Below are positions 55,678 to 64,000 of a stretch of 64,000 bases of DNA, in pieces. Every line of letters begins with the position of its first letter. Positions within the stretch are counted from its first letter, which is position 1. The notes under the pieces are model-generated. The model saw only the letters and a program-made list of their open reading frames with translations. It ran no database searches and had not been told where the DNA came from. The position numbers were made by a program, and so were the translations under genes. The stretch lies in IMG/VR virus record IMGVR_UViG_3300026260_000002, positions 2,199 through 66,198 of that record; one strand, 5' to 3'. This stretch comes from a virus. Lineage: Duplodnaviria > Caudoviricetes.

Positions 55678-55944
55678 TCACCAGTCAGGATAAATGTCTG
55701 GTCCGAATCTAGGGACAGGATCATATGGTATGTCTGGTTTATCTTTCCTCTTTTTCCTATTAGCAGCATTACGTTTTACCTGACACTGTTTACAGGTATA
55801 CGAATACGCTGAAGCATTCTTACCTCTATCAGGTCTAGTCCTGTAGAAATGATCTACCAGTGACAGGATGCGAAGACATTTACGGCACTGCCGATCTACA
55901 AATAGAAACTCTTCTAAATCTAAGTTGTCTTCAAAGTCCATCAC
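55678..55944 (-). CDS. hypothetical CxxC...CxxC protein
   Basis: CRKC...FYRT...CKQC. Confidence 0.7.
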   Translation of the reverse strand: MMDFEDNLDLEEFLFVDRQCRKCLRILSLVDHFYRTRPDRGKNASAYSYTCKQCQVKRNAANRKKRKDKPDIPYDPVPRFGPDIYPDW

Positions 55945-57608
55945 CTATAATCCCACATATAAGACATGTCACCATACTCAGCAATAGATTCTCTTTCTGC
56001 ATTATGCCATGTCTGTCCTTGTGGATCTACGGTTACTTCTTCTTGAAGACCATCATCCATAAATCCAAACGGTGCCATGTCTGCTTCGATTGCTTCCTTC
56101 TGCTCCAGATACATTCGCGTCCTGACATCATTGTCATGCAACTCTCTGAAGTAGTCTGTGGTCGCTAACCAAGAGAATATGACCAGACACATAGAGAGGT
56201 CATCATTACATCCTTCTTCAGCTTCCCATGCCTGCCCCTTCTGGATGAATGTAGTTAACTCAGCAATAATATCATAGTCATTAAAGATAAGTTTGTCATC
56301 CTCAATCAACTGTTTCATGTTTGCACACCCAGTTTTCTTGACTGTGGTAGACATCTTAACACCTAGTTGCACCTTAGACCCAGAGAATCCCTGACCAACA
56401 ACCTGCCCAGCACGTCCTCGCATGGATGACATCAGGAGGTTATCATACTCCAGATCAAACTGCATAATATCTGCTACCTGTCCACCAATATCATTAACTT
56501 CAATCAAGGTAAAGGCATGATTGTAACTCGTGACTACCTGATGAATGATGTTGGGGAAGAGTAGTGGTTTAACTTTATTGTTTCTATACTTCGCTACTAA
56601 CTTATACGGGATCGTCGTGGTATCAATAACACAGAATGCTGAGTAATCTTTAGTTAAACCACGAGCAACGTCCACCGTGCATATATAAGTATGTTCAGGT
56701 TTAGGCTCTTCATACACATCTAGTCCTTGACTGGACTTCAAAGGATCATCGTATACCAAAGTTTTTAATTTGGATGATGTAATGAGAGTGTTGACCGAAC
56801 CCAAGAACTCACATTCAAATTCCTGGTTAAACTGCTCCTCGGATGTGTTACGGATGGTCTGCTCTTTCCATGCAGCATCCCTACCAGGCACCTCAGACCA
56901 GTGGACATCTGTGGTAGTATATTCATTCCTGCCCCTCTCTGCATCATGCCAGAGTTTATAAAACATATTCATACCCTTAGGGGTAGAGATGATTATAACC
57001 TTAGTTGACTTACCTGAGGATATAGTAGGATACACAGAGCTAAAAAACTCGTCAGCAATATGAGTTGGAATGAACGCGAATTCATCGAGAAATATAATAT
57101 TAAACGACATACCACGGACAGCACTAGCAGAAGTAGAAGCAGCCATGATTTTGCTGCCATTCTCCAATTCCAGACTACCTCTGTTCCAGTTGACGACACC
57201 TTGCTGGAGCCAGTTTGGGAGATTTTCATAGGATAGTTGCAAACGTTGTAACATCTCTCGTGCAGTCGCTGCCTTGTTAGCAAGGATTGCTACGTTAACA
57301 TTGTCATTAAAGATAATAAACCACAACAAGTATGCAGTAACAACAGTTGACTTACCTGACTGTCGTGGTAGTTTTGCTATATTAAATCTATTGGCATGAA
57401 ATCTTTCCACCATCGTCTCTTGAAAGTCGTACAACTCAAATGGAATCAAACCACGATCTAGTGAGATGATTTGGATGTAGGTTTTAATAAAGTAGACAGG
57501 ATCCTCAGCACACTTGATAAACTCTTTTACCTGATCATCGGTGATATTCTGTACTACGTTGGCTCTCTTTAGGTTAGGATTACCTAGATAGATTTCATTT
57601 TGGCTCAT
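55941..57608 (-). CDS. gp17: terminase large subunit
   Basis: RQSGKST, FLDEFAF, STPKG.N.FY, DVARG, DDL. Confidence 0.97.
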   Translation of the reverse strand: MSQNEIYLGNPNLKRANVVQNITDDQVKEFIKCAEDPVYFIKTYIQIISLDRGLIPFELYDFQETMVERFHANRFNIAKLPRQSGKSTVVTAYLLWFIIFNDNVNVAILANKAATAREMLQRLQLSYENLPNWLQQGVVNWNRGSLELENGSKIMAASTSASAVRGMSFNIIFLDEFAFIPTHIADEFFSSVYPTISSGKSTKVIIISTPKGMNMFYKLWHDAERGRNEYTTTDVHWSEVPGRDAAWKEQTIRNTSEEQFNQEFECEFLGSVNTLITSSKLKTLVYDDPLKSSQGLDVYEEPKPEHTYICTVDVARGLTKDYSAFCVIDTTTIPYKLVAKYRNNKVKPLLFPNIIHQVVTSYNHAFTLIEVNDIGGQVADIMQFDLEYDNLLMSSMRGRAGQVVGQGFSGSKVQLGVKMSTTVKKTGCANMKQLIEDDKLIFNDYDIIAELTTFIQKGQAWEAEEGCNDDLSMCLVIFSWLATTDYFRELHDNDVRTRMYLEQKEAIEADMAPFGFMDDGLQEEVTVDPQGQTWHNAERESIAEYGDMSYMWDYR

Positions 57609-58203
57609 ACGGGAATGGTCTCCTGTTTTTCTCCTGCCCTACTGCGTGTGCTTCTACAACCTCTTCCTGGCCAGGACAGAATTGGAAGACTACACTATAT
57701 CTAGCAGAAACAGGACAATGTTTTGTTGGCGCTCTACCAGCGTGTGGGACTAATCCGGGAAACACTACAATCCTTCCGGGTTTAGGAATGACTGTATCTG
57801 TGATTCGGTCGCCCATCATAAAGATAGTCTCCCCACCCCATTCAGGCAACCATGCCTTGTTAGTATAGACAAGGAAACTAAGAGCGTCTAACTCTTCTCC
57901 ATCGACGTGGATAGAAGGAGAATCACCAAAACGGAAAGCATTATAAACGACTCTATGAAATGAAGGAATGGGTATCCCTGCACGTTTGAAAGCGTGGTCT
58001 CTACAAAAGTTTTCAAACTCCCCATAGTTGGGATAGTCGATTGCTCTGCCTAGTGAATAATTGGAAAGTTTATCGTCTGGACTATCATCAAAGATGAGTT
58101 GCCATCCGTCAAAGTGGGTGAAGTATGTATCCATATAAAGGATCTCTTCATCTGTGAAGAGATCATCAATGACCATCACCTGATCATATTTCATTATATC
58201 CAT
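57595..58203 (-). CDS. 2OG-Fe(II) oxygenase
   Basis: IHVD, WLPEWGGET, FPGLVPHAG, RYSVVF. Confidence 0.85.
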   Translation of the reverse strand: MDIMKYDQVMVIDDLFTDEEILYMDTYFTHFDGWQLIFDDSPDDKLSNYSLGRAIDYPNYGEFENFCRDHAFKRAGIPIPSFHRVVYNAFRFGDSPSIHVDGEELDALSFLVYTNKAWLPEWGGETIFMMGDRITDTVIPKPGRIVVFPGLVPHAGRAPTKHCPVSARYSVVFQFCPGQEEVVEAHAVGQEKNRRPFPYEPK

Positions 58204-58664
58204 TACTCAACTAGCGTGCCGTGCGCCCTCCTAATTTCTCTCAATTCTTCAAAGTTTTTCTGCTTAGTGCCTCCGTCGTATTCCCAAGCATATCCTTCTT
58301 CAATCATTTGTTCGTTGAGTGACACTGACTCGTCCCCCACGTATAACCACCCCAGAAGACGGCCATATTTGCCGACACCGCCAACAAGTTCAGTCCTAAC
58401 AGACAACTCATCATCACCAGCCAAAGTGCTTTCGAGATGTGTTTTGAGCCATTCAGTTGCGTCTTTTCCAAGTGCTTTCTCCTCTAAATTTCTTGTTCTC
58501 TTTTCTGGGGTATCAACACCCGCTACCCTTACACGTTCCTTTTTGTATAAGTCGAAACCAAGATCTATGAGAACGTCCAAAGTGTCACCGTCCAACACTT
58601 TCACTATCTCTGTTACTCTGAAGTTGTAGCAAGACTTCCTGCTCGGCGGGGTCATCTTTCCCAT
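58203..58664 (-). CDS. thermonuclease (SNase-like)
   Basis: VLDGDT, RVAGVDTPE, GKYGRLLG, MIEEGYA. Confidence 0.9.
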   Translation of the reverse strand: MGKMTPPSRKSCYNFRVTEIVKVLDGDTLDVLIDLGFDLYKKERVRVAGVDTPEKRTRNLEEKALGKDATEWLKTHLESTLAGDDELSVRTELVGGVGKYGRLLGWLYVGDESVSLNEQMIEEGYAWEYDGGTKQKNFEELREIRRAHGTLVE

Positions 58665-58800
58665 TTTCTATTTCCGTAAATGCATCGGTTAGTATTGTAT
58701 ATATGTAATAAGTGACACCTATTAGGAGAATGATCAATGAGATGATCACACTCCATATAGGATCGTTAGCATTATCAAGTTGTCTGAATAATAAGTTCAT
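58585..58800 (-). CDS. small single-TM protein
   Basis: WSVIISLIILLIGVTYYIY. Confidence 0.6.
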   Translation of the reverse strand: MNLLFRQLDNANDPIWSVIISLIILLIGVTYYIYTILTDAFTEIENGKDDPAEQEVLLQLQSNRDSESVGR

Positions 58801-58883
58801 TTCTTAACTGGCCAAGTAATCTCCATCCCCACAGTAAGTAGGATAATAAATCCAAATACAAATATTCCAGCACTCATACTCAT
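58797..58883 (-). CDS. 28-aa single-TM micropeptide
   Basis: MSMSAGIFVFGFIILLTVGMEITWPVKK; ATGA-coupled on both sides. Confidence 0.55.
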   Translation of the reverse strand: MSMSAGIFVFGFIILLTVGMEITWPVKK

Positions 58884-58954
58884 TTCTTAGGCGTTAATTT
58901 ATATGCACCGACACTTGTTGCTAAGATTAGTGCAGCAATTACTATAAGTTCCAT
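58880..58954 (-). CDS. 24-aa single-TM micropeptide
   Basis: MELIVIAALILATSVGAYKLTPKK. Confidence 0.5.
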   Translation of the reverse strand: MELIVIAALILATSVGAYKLTPKK

Positions 58955-58959
58955 AATTC

Positions 58960-59199
58960 TTATGCGTTTGTAGGGTTAATTTCTAAACTAATTAGGTATC
59001 TTGTCCACCAGTCTGGATCCTTTCGTTTCCATTCCGGGACATTCTTTCCATGGAGAGAATAATACTCTCCAATCGCTTCATCGATAATCCGTGCGATCTG
59101 TAAATTCTTCTTCCTCTTCATCAACGTCTGCATATGGGTTTGCCACATATGGTCCTCGTTTGCGTAAAGGTTCTCGTCTGACATAATCAGTCTCAGCAT
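58960..59199 (-). CDS. hypothetical protein (start probably internal)
   Basis: ARIIDEAI..YYS...P.W..KDPDWW. Confidence 0.5.
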   Translation of the reverse strand: MLRLIMSDENLYANEDHMWQTHMQTLMKRKKNLQIARIIDEAIGEYYSLHGKNVPEWKRKDPDWWTRYLISLEINPTNA

Positions 59200-59284
59200 C
59201 TACAGCAAACATCCAGACTACAAGTTTCATCATGATGAATATGATCCCCGCAGGCGCTAAACATAGTAGAAGTTTTTCATTCAT
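59078..59284 (-). CDS. small membrane protein with acidic tail
   Basis: N-terminal TM, NPYADVDEEEEEF. Confidence 0.6.
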   Translation of the reverse strand: MNEKLLLCLAPAGIIFIMMKLVVWMFAVDAETDYVRREPLRKRGPYVANPYADVDEEEEEFTDRTDYR

Positions 59285-59487
59285 TCATCGACATCCATGT
59301 AGCGAAACTTGTAGTCTAATACTGTTTTATATATCTCATCCCTTAACAGACGCAGATGCTCCTGCTCTTCATAAGGGCGAGCGGGAGCACCCGGCCACAG
59401 TCTTATTGTTTCGCATACACAGTGGTAGAGTAAGTAAATGTCTTCTATGGTCCACTCATATCCAATTGCACCTTCATCCTTCTCCAT
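59281..59487 (-). CDS. hypothetical protein
   Basis: DIYLLYHCV..WPG.PARP..EQEHL. Confidence 0.65.
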   Translation of the reverse strand: MEKDEGAIGYEWTIEDIYLLYHCVCETIRLWPGAPARPYEEQEHLRLLRDEIYKTVLDYKFRYMDVDE

Positions 59488-59538
59488 ATTTTTTATGAAT
59501 GGTTCCCCAATACTCCCATCTATATTTATGTATTGTAG

Positions 59539-59625
59539 TCAATGGTAGTATGCATTTTCTAATCCCCATCTAACAGAATACCCTACCGCCCCAAAAAGTG
59601 CAATTGCTTGGACCGCTAACCCCAT
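59539..59625 (-). CDS. 28-aa single-TM micropeptide
   Basis: MGLAVQAIALFGAVGYSVRWGLENAYYH; not in ORF track. Confidence 0.45.
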   Translation of the reverse strand: MGLAVQAIALFGAVGYSVRWGLENAYYH

Positions 59626-59837
59626 TTTTTCCATGGATCCTCTTTGTGCAGGCAAGAATTAGGATGTGCCCACCCCTTATTTAATTCTTTTAACTTCTGC
59701 TTGAGGATGTTATTTTCGAGTTTCAACATATAATTTCGATGTTGCAACCACTTTATATATTTCATCCCTATCCATCCGATAGATTCACATCTCATCATAT
59801 AAATTAGATGTTGCAACTTTTCAATAGGGATCATCAT
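59616..59837 (-). CDS. hypothetical protein
   Basis: ORF in coding run; start uncertain. Confidence 0.4.
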   Translation of the reverse strand: MMIPIEKLQHLIYMMRCESIGWIGMKYIKWLQHRNYMLKLENNILKQKLKELNKGWAHPNSCLHKEDPWKKWG

Positions 59838-60060
59838 ACCTTTTTTTCCAAAGCTCCAAAAAATACCTATCTACCTGATATAGATCAGATATTGGAGCAA
59901 ACGATCTATCTATATCTTCAGACCAAGACTTACATAGAGACCTCATCTCTAGATCAATACCATATGGTCCAAACATTCTAGCGAAAGATGACATCGCAAA
60001 TGCATATCGGACCCTAACCTGCGCTAGAGTCATGGTGTTGTGAAGTTTGCAGATTCCCAA
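59821..60060 (-). CDS. hypothetical protein
   Basis: RYAFAMSSF.RM..., YQVDRYFLELWK. Confidence 0.55.
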   Translation of the reverse strand: MGICKLHNTMTLAQVRVRYAFAMSSFARMFGPYGIDLEMRSLCKSWSEDIDRSFAPISDLYQVDRYFLELWKKRYDDPY

Positions 60061-60689
60061 TCCTTCTGAAATAGATCAAGTCCTTCACGAGTCAAGACAT
60101 GATCATACATCTTCCAGAAGATCTTAGGTGGCATAGTAACGGTACTAGCACCATAAGTATAGCACCTTGAGACGTGATGCACATCCCTCAGAGACGCTGC
60201 AAGTATCTCAGTGGTCATCATCTGCACACTGTATGTATTAGCGATTGCACGAACCAACTCAACGCCACTGAATGAGTTGTCATTACAGCGACCAATGAAA
60301 GGAGACACATATGCTGCTCCTGCCTTTGCTGCTAGCAGTGCCTGTGCTACTGAGAAGATTAGAGTTACATTAACCTTGATGCCTTGATCTGAGAGGATCT
60401 TACATGCCTTCAGTCCCTCTACAGTGCAAGGGACTTTGATTGTAACTGCTTCACCTAGTGGGAAATAAGTCTTTGCTTGCTCAATCATTTCGTCAGCTGT
60501 CTCTGCAACCACCTCCGTGGAGACGCTGATAAGGTCTGGACATTCTTTTAGTAGTCTTGATGCTACATTATAAAGAGTATCACCCGATCTCAAAATTAGT
60601 GTCGGATTTGTAGTGACGCCATCGATCAACCCTGTGCTGTATGCCTTCTTAATTTCAGAGACATCAGCAGTATCTAAAAAGATTTTCAT
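60030..60689 (-). CDS. talC: transaldolase TalC (copy 2)
   Basis: IFLDTAD, GVTTNPT, STEV, TIKVP, YVSPFIGR. Confidence 0.95.
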   Translation of the reverse strand: MKIFLDTADVSEIKKAYSTGLIDGVTTNPTLILRSGDTLYNVASRLLKECPDLISVSTEVVAETADEMIEQAKTYFPLGEAVTIKVPCTVEGLKACKILSDQGIKVNVTLIFSVAQALLAAKAGAAYVSPFIGRCNDNSFSGVELVRAIANTYSVQMMTTEILAASLRDVHHVSRCYTYGASTVTMPPKIFWKMYDHVLTREGLDLFQKDWESANFTTP

Positions 60690-60740
60690 AATTTAGTTAA
60701 CGTGAATAGTGCCTAAGTTATGTAGGTCCCCCACCAACAC

Positions 60741-61034
60741 TCAAGTGTCAAGGTCTCGTAACTGTTCCATTGCATCAATTTTACCCCTCATCGCCCCATC
60801 AATATATCCTGCTCTATACTCCCAAGTTTGTCCACCATCCTTTCCTTTCATAGGATTAATGCATTGATGGTCACCTAGTTTGTTGCAAACAAGACCAGCA
60901 AGATCTAACTCAGAAGAGTCTCCTGATGATCCAGTGCCACGCCAGACATGCTTACCATTAATCCAAGTCGCTCCACACTTCCCACATTCAGTCCTCTCCA
61001 ATTTAAGATCGGAGAAATCCATACCGTCTGACAT
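60741..61034 (-). CDS. hypothetical Cys-containing protein
   Basis: CGKCGATWING.H.W.GTG, LAGLVCN..C.NP. Confidence 0.7.
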   Translation of the reverse strand: MSDGMDFSDLKLERTECGKCGATWINGKHVWRGTGSSGDSSELDLAGLVCNKLGDHQCINPMKGKDGGQTWEYRAGYIDGAMRGKIDAMEQLRDLDT

Positions 61035-61051
61035 AATCTATACCTCAAAAA

Positions 61052-61282
61052 TCAATCTTTGTCTTGCAAGAAACTAACAGGAGATTTCTTATCGTCATCC
61101 TTTCTCTTCTTGGCACCTTTCAGCACCTCCCTCATCTTCAGCGCATGGGAAACACCCCTACGTTTAGCTCCTCTGCGACCACCTGGTGCGGGTACAGTCT
61201 TATCAATCGCTCTCGCTATTGATAGACCAATGCCTTCATCTACGTTGTCTTGCTCTAATATAAATTGGGAAAAGGACTTCAT
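61052..61282 (-). CDS. small basic protein with capsid-targeting-like N-terminus
   Basis: MKSFSQFILE resembles T4 internal-protein leader MKTYQEFIAE. Confidence 0.6.
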   Translation of the reverse strand: MKSFSQFILEQDNVDEGIGLSIARAIDKTVPAPGGRRGAKRRGVSHALKMREVLKGAKKRKDDDKKSPVSFLQDKD

Positions 61283-61476
61283 TGTTCTTTATTCTTAGGG
61301 TTACGAGCACAATTTAACTCGTGCTTTTCAATCCACGTCTTAGGACGTTGGTGTCCAACGGGCACAGTGATGCCACAGTACTGACACTTTTTAACGTTAT
61401 CCATAATGATACGCTCCTTTAGTAGTTTTCTTAGGTAATTTACCACCTCTAGCTTTGGTGCCAGAAGTTTCACCAT
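61279..61476 (-). CDS. small Zn-finger-like protein (start probably about 61400)
   Basis: CQYCG...HELNC. Confidence 0.5.
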   Translation of the reverse strand: MVKLLAPKLEVVNYLRKLLKERIIMDNVKKCQYCGITVPVGHQRPKTWIEKHELNCARNPKNKEQ

Positions 61477-64000
61477 ACCCTTCGGGATGTTTGCCTGCTT
61501 TAGTTTTACCGATACTATCGGACTTCGCCTTACTACCCTTCTCAGTATAGTGCAGTTTTGCAGATTTGTCTTTGTCTTTAGTGATCACGGATTCTTGCCC
61601 ATGCTTGCGACCCAATCGTCGCATAACTTTACCAAATCTACGCTTGCTCATCTTATCAGGTTTTGAAGTTTGATACGAAACTTCACGACCAGTTTCACCA
61701 CTGCCATACTTGTATTCGCCCACACCCTTCTGGTGACCGATACCATGCTTCTTAAGGTCTTTCTCTAAACCTTTACGACCTTTACGATTCTTGTTTTCGT
61801 CTGTCCCTCTGTCAGCACTGATGTTTCCAGTAACCTGAGTCTTCGACTTTGTTAACATTCTAGTGGTAGGATTACCTTCTGAAAGGAATGCACTGAATGA
61901 AAGTGTAGATTGCTCATACTTGAGACCCTGAGCTCTCATAGCAGCCCTTTCTTTAGCAGCAGCCTTTCTGTCAGAAGAAACTTGTTTCTTATACTTACCA
62001 ACTACTAGCTCAACATTTTTAGGTTTTGATTTACCTAACCCACCAGCACCACGAATGTTCATACCACCCATAGATGCCCCACCAGTAACGGATCTACCTT
62101 GACGGTTTACATTACCCTTCTTACCCTGCATTGCAGGAGTACTTACGGATCTAAGTGAGTTACCATCTGCCTTAGTATTTCTTGCTTCAGATACTTCTAA
62201 ATCTTCTTTAAAGAATGCACCGAATGAAAGTGTAGATACTTCCTCACGCTTGATACCACCGATCTTATCGATAGCACGACCGATTGCTTTACCGATCTTA
62301 TCGCGCTTACGCTCTTTGGGTTTGATGTTAGCACCTAACTTATTCAGTCTTTCAGTTGGAGTGCTACCACTCTTCTTGTAAGAAGACTGACGCTTAGAGT
62401 AGTCCATATAGGACTCACCAGATCTCAGTTTCTTAGGGTCTGCCTTAGGTTTTGCTGCATCAGCACGATCTTCACGGGCACGGGCATTTGCACCAGGACC
62501 ACCTAGTTTACGATCCTTGTCAGGATCTGGATGCCAAGTATCTGCACGCTCAGTGATAGACTCTTCACCCAGTCTGCGTGCTACGTTACGAGCACCACGG
62601 GAAAGGGATCTTGCACCAACACCAACTGCTCTCTTGATACCACGCTTCAGTTTGCTACCAATTCTGCTGAGTAGACCAGGCTTCTTAGACTTCTTAGGAC
62701 CTGAGTCACTACTGCTAGAGGAAGAATCAGAAGATGACGTAGTGGGATTGGAAGAAGTAGTTTCAGAATCCTTATCAGGGGAAGACGATTGAGTAGACTT
62801 GTAACCACTCTTAGCGGCACTACCCATATCTTTTGCGAGATTTTTCGCGTGTCCTGCTGCCTTACCAGCAACTTCAGCACCTTTAACAGCACCTTTGCGT
62901 GCCAGTGTGGCACCAGTCTTAAGACCAGACTTCAATGCAGACCCAACCTTCTGAGCAGCACTCTTAACTTTAGCAAGTTTATCGGATCTTGATGAAGATC
63001 CACTTCCAATACGACTCCTTGCTTCAGCACCAGCATCCCTACCAGCAGTCTGACCTTGACCAGAAGCAGCAGATGATTTGTCCTTCAAGCGAAGAGCATT
63101 GACCTTAGCAGGACTGGTGACCTCAGTAAGTAAACTCAGTGAGTAGTCAACAGACTCACAGAGCATATCTGTGACGTTATCAATATCTCTACCTTCTACC
63201 ATCTCCTCAACGAAGACTTCTGCCACGATCTCTTCAATGAGATCATCACTAAGGAGTGAGATCTCCCAGTCATTCATCTCAGCAAAGATGTCAACCTGAT
63301 CGAAGACACTTTCTTTCCGCATCTTTACCTTTGCTTTGGCAATTTTGTCAAGGAATGCTTCCCCACCTTTTTCTTTTTTGATTTCACCATCACTTCTAAC
63401 TCTACCAACACCAGGTCCGCCAGATTCTTTATCTTTAATTCTTTGGAATCCTACTTGCTGTGCAGATGCACCTTCAATTACTTCACCTTCTGGTTGATGT
63501 TCTGCTGATAATGCTGCATAAGGAACTGCTTTCCTATCCTTAATGGCTTTTTCTTTCTTTGCTTTCTTATCTCTTTCCAATCCTTTCGTAACACCTTTCT
63601 TAACAAAATCAACCACACCTTCAACACCTTCAGACTTTGTAGACTTTGTAAGGGCACCCCTACCTCTAATTGGACTCACAATTGCACCAGGACCATGCTT
63701 GTCAGTAATTTGCTTCTTGACAATATCCAGTGCAGATGGACCACCAGAAGGTTTCTTCTTACCAACCGTATTTGATGCAGCAGGTTGTTTATCATACCTA
63801 ACATTGCCATCCACACCACCACGTTCCATGCGGCGATCCTTCAGTCTATCTGCACCTTCCTCAGATACAGTCTTCTTAACATCCTTAGCAAACTTAACAG
63901 CAGTCTTCACACCAGATTTAACACCTGCTGCAAATTCCTTAGCACGTTTCTCAGGTACCTTACCCTTAGCACGTTGCTTCTTATATGCTGCTTTAGTATC
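61397..64000 (-). CDS. large Lys/Gly-rich modular protein, 5' end outside the window
   Basis: frame stays open from 63910 to 64000; repeated STLSF..F..E modules. Confidence 0.8.
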   Translation of the reverse strand, partial: DTKAAYKKQRAKGKVPEKRAKEFAAGVKSGVKTAVKFAKDVKKTVSEEGADRLKDRRMERGGVDGNVRYDKQPAASNTVGKKKPSGGPSALDIVKKQITDKHGPGAIVSPIRGRGALTKSTKSEGVEGVVDFVKKGVTKGLERDKKAKKEKAIKDRKAVPYAALSAEHQPEGEVIEGASAQQVGFQRIKDKESGGPGVGRVRSDGEIKKEKGGEAFLDKIAKAKVKMRKESVFDQVDIFAEMNDWEISLLSDDLIEEIVAEVFVEEMVEGRDIDNVTDMLCESVDYSLSLLTEVTSPAKVNALRLKDKSSAASGQGQTAGRDAGAEARSRIGSGSSSRSDKLAKVKSAAQKVGSALKSGLKTGATLARKGAVKGAEVAGKAAGHAKNLAKDMGSAAKSGYKSTQSSSPDKDSETTSSNPTTSSSDSSSSSSDSGPKKSKKPGLLSRIGSKLKRGIKRAVGVGARSLSRGARNVARRLGEESITERADTWHPDPDKDRKLGGPGANARAREDRADAAKPKADPKKLRSGESYMDYSKRQSSYKKSGSTPTERLNKLGANIKPKERKRDKIGKAIGRAIDKIGGIKREEVSTLSFGAFFKEDLEVSEARNTKADGNSLRSVSTPAMQGKKGNVNRQGRSVTGGASMGGMNIRGAGGLGKSKPKNVELVVGKYKKQVSSDRKAAAKERAAMRAQGLKYEQSTLSFSAFLSEGNPTTRMLTKSKTQVTGNISADRGTDENKNRKGRKGLEKDLKKHGIGHQKGVGEYKYGSGETGREVSYQTSKPDKMSKRRFGKVMRRLGRKHGQESVITKDKDKSAKLHYTEKGSKAKSDSIGKTKAGKHPEGYGETSGTKARGGKLPKKTTKGAYHYG
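61886..62237. repeat. 25-nt direct repeat (1 mismatch) encoding STLSF(S/G)AF
   Basis: GAATGCAC(T/C)GAATGAAAGTGTAGAT at 61886-61910 and 62213-62237. Confidence 0.85.

Noticed and set aside
6437-57608. Inteins or introns in nrdA, nrdB, gp41, gp43, gp17, gp20
   Set aside because: All are continuous ORFs of ordinary length with no intein splice motifs seen.
1-64000. CRISPR array, IS elements, rRNA
   Set aside because: No regularly spaced repeats, transposase, terminal inverted repeats or rRNA-like sequence seen by eye.

Overview
64 kb segment of a large T4-like cyanobacterial myovirus (Kyanoviridae-type). Almost all genes are on the minus strand. It holds the core head/tail module (gp17-gp23, gp3), the replication/recombination module (uvsY, uvsW, gp55, gp47/46, gp45/44/62, regA, gp43, uvsX, gp41, gp61), nrdA/nrdB/glutaredoxin, mazG, hsp20, cobS with a CobT-like VWA partner, a Dam-type methylase, seven 2OG-Fe(II) oxygenases, two transaldolases and a multi-pass permease. 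The most unusual parts are non-coding. (1) A complete circularly permuted (two-piece) tmRNA gene sits inside a four-tRNA array; its own tag, ANNIVAFSRTRELATA, does not end in the usual AA. (2) A glutamine-riboswitch-like aptamer has a 57-codon ORF nested between its arms and lies directly upstream of a DUF4278-like YRG peptide gene. Several proteins also carry motifs resembling the T4 capsid-targeting sequence, suggesting head-packaged, injected proteins. No tools or database searches were run. Family names come from recognisable motifs and gene context, and novelty is not verified.
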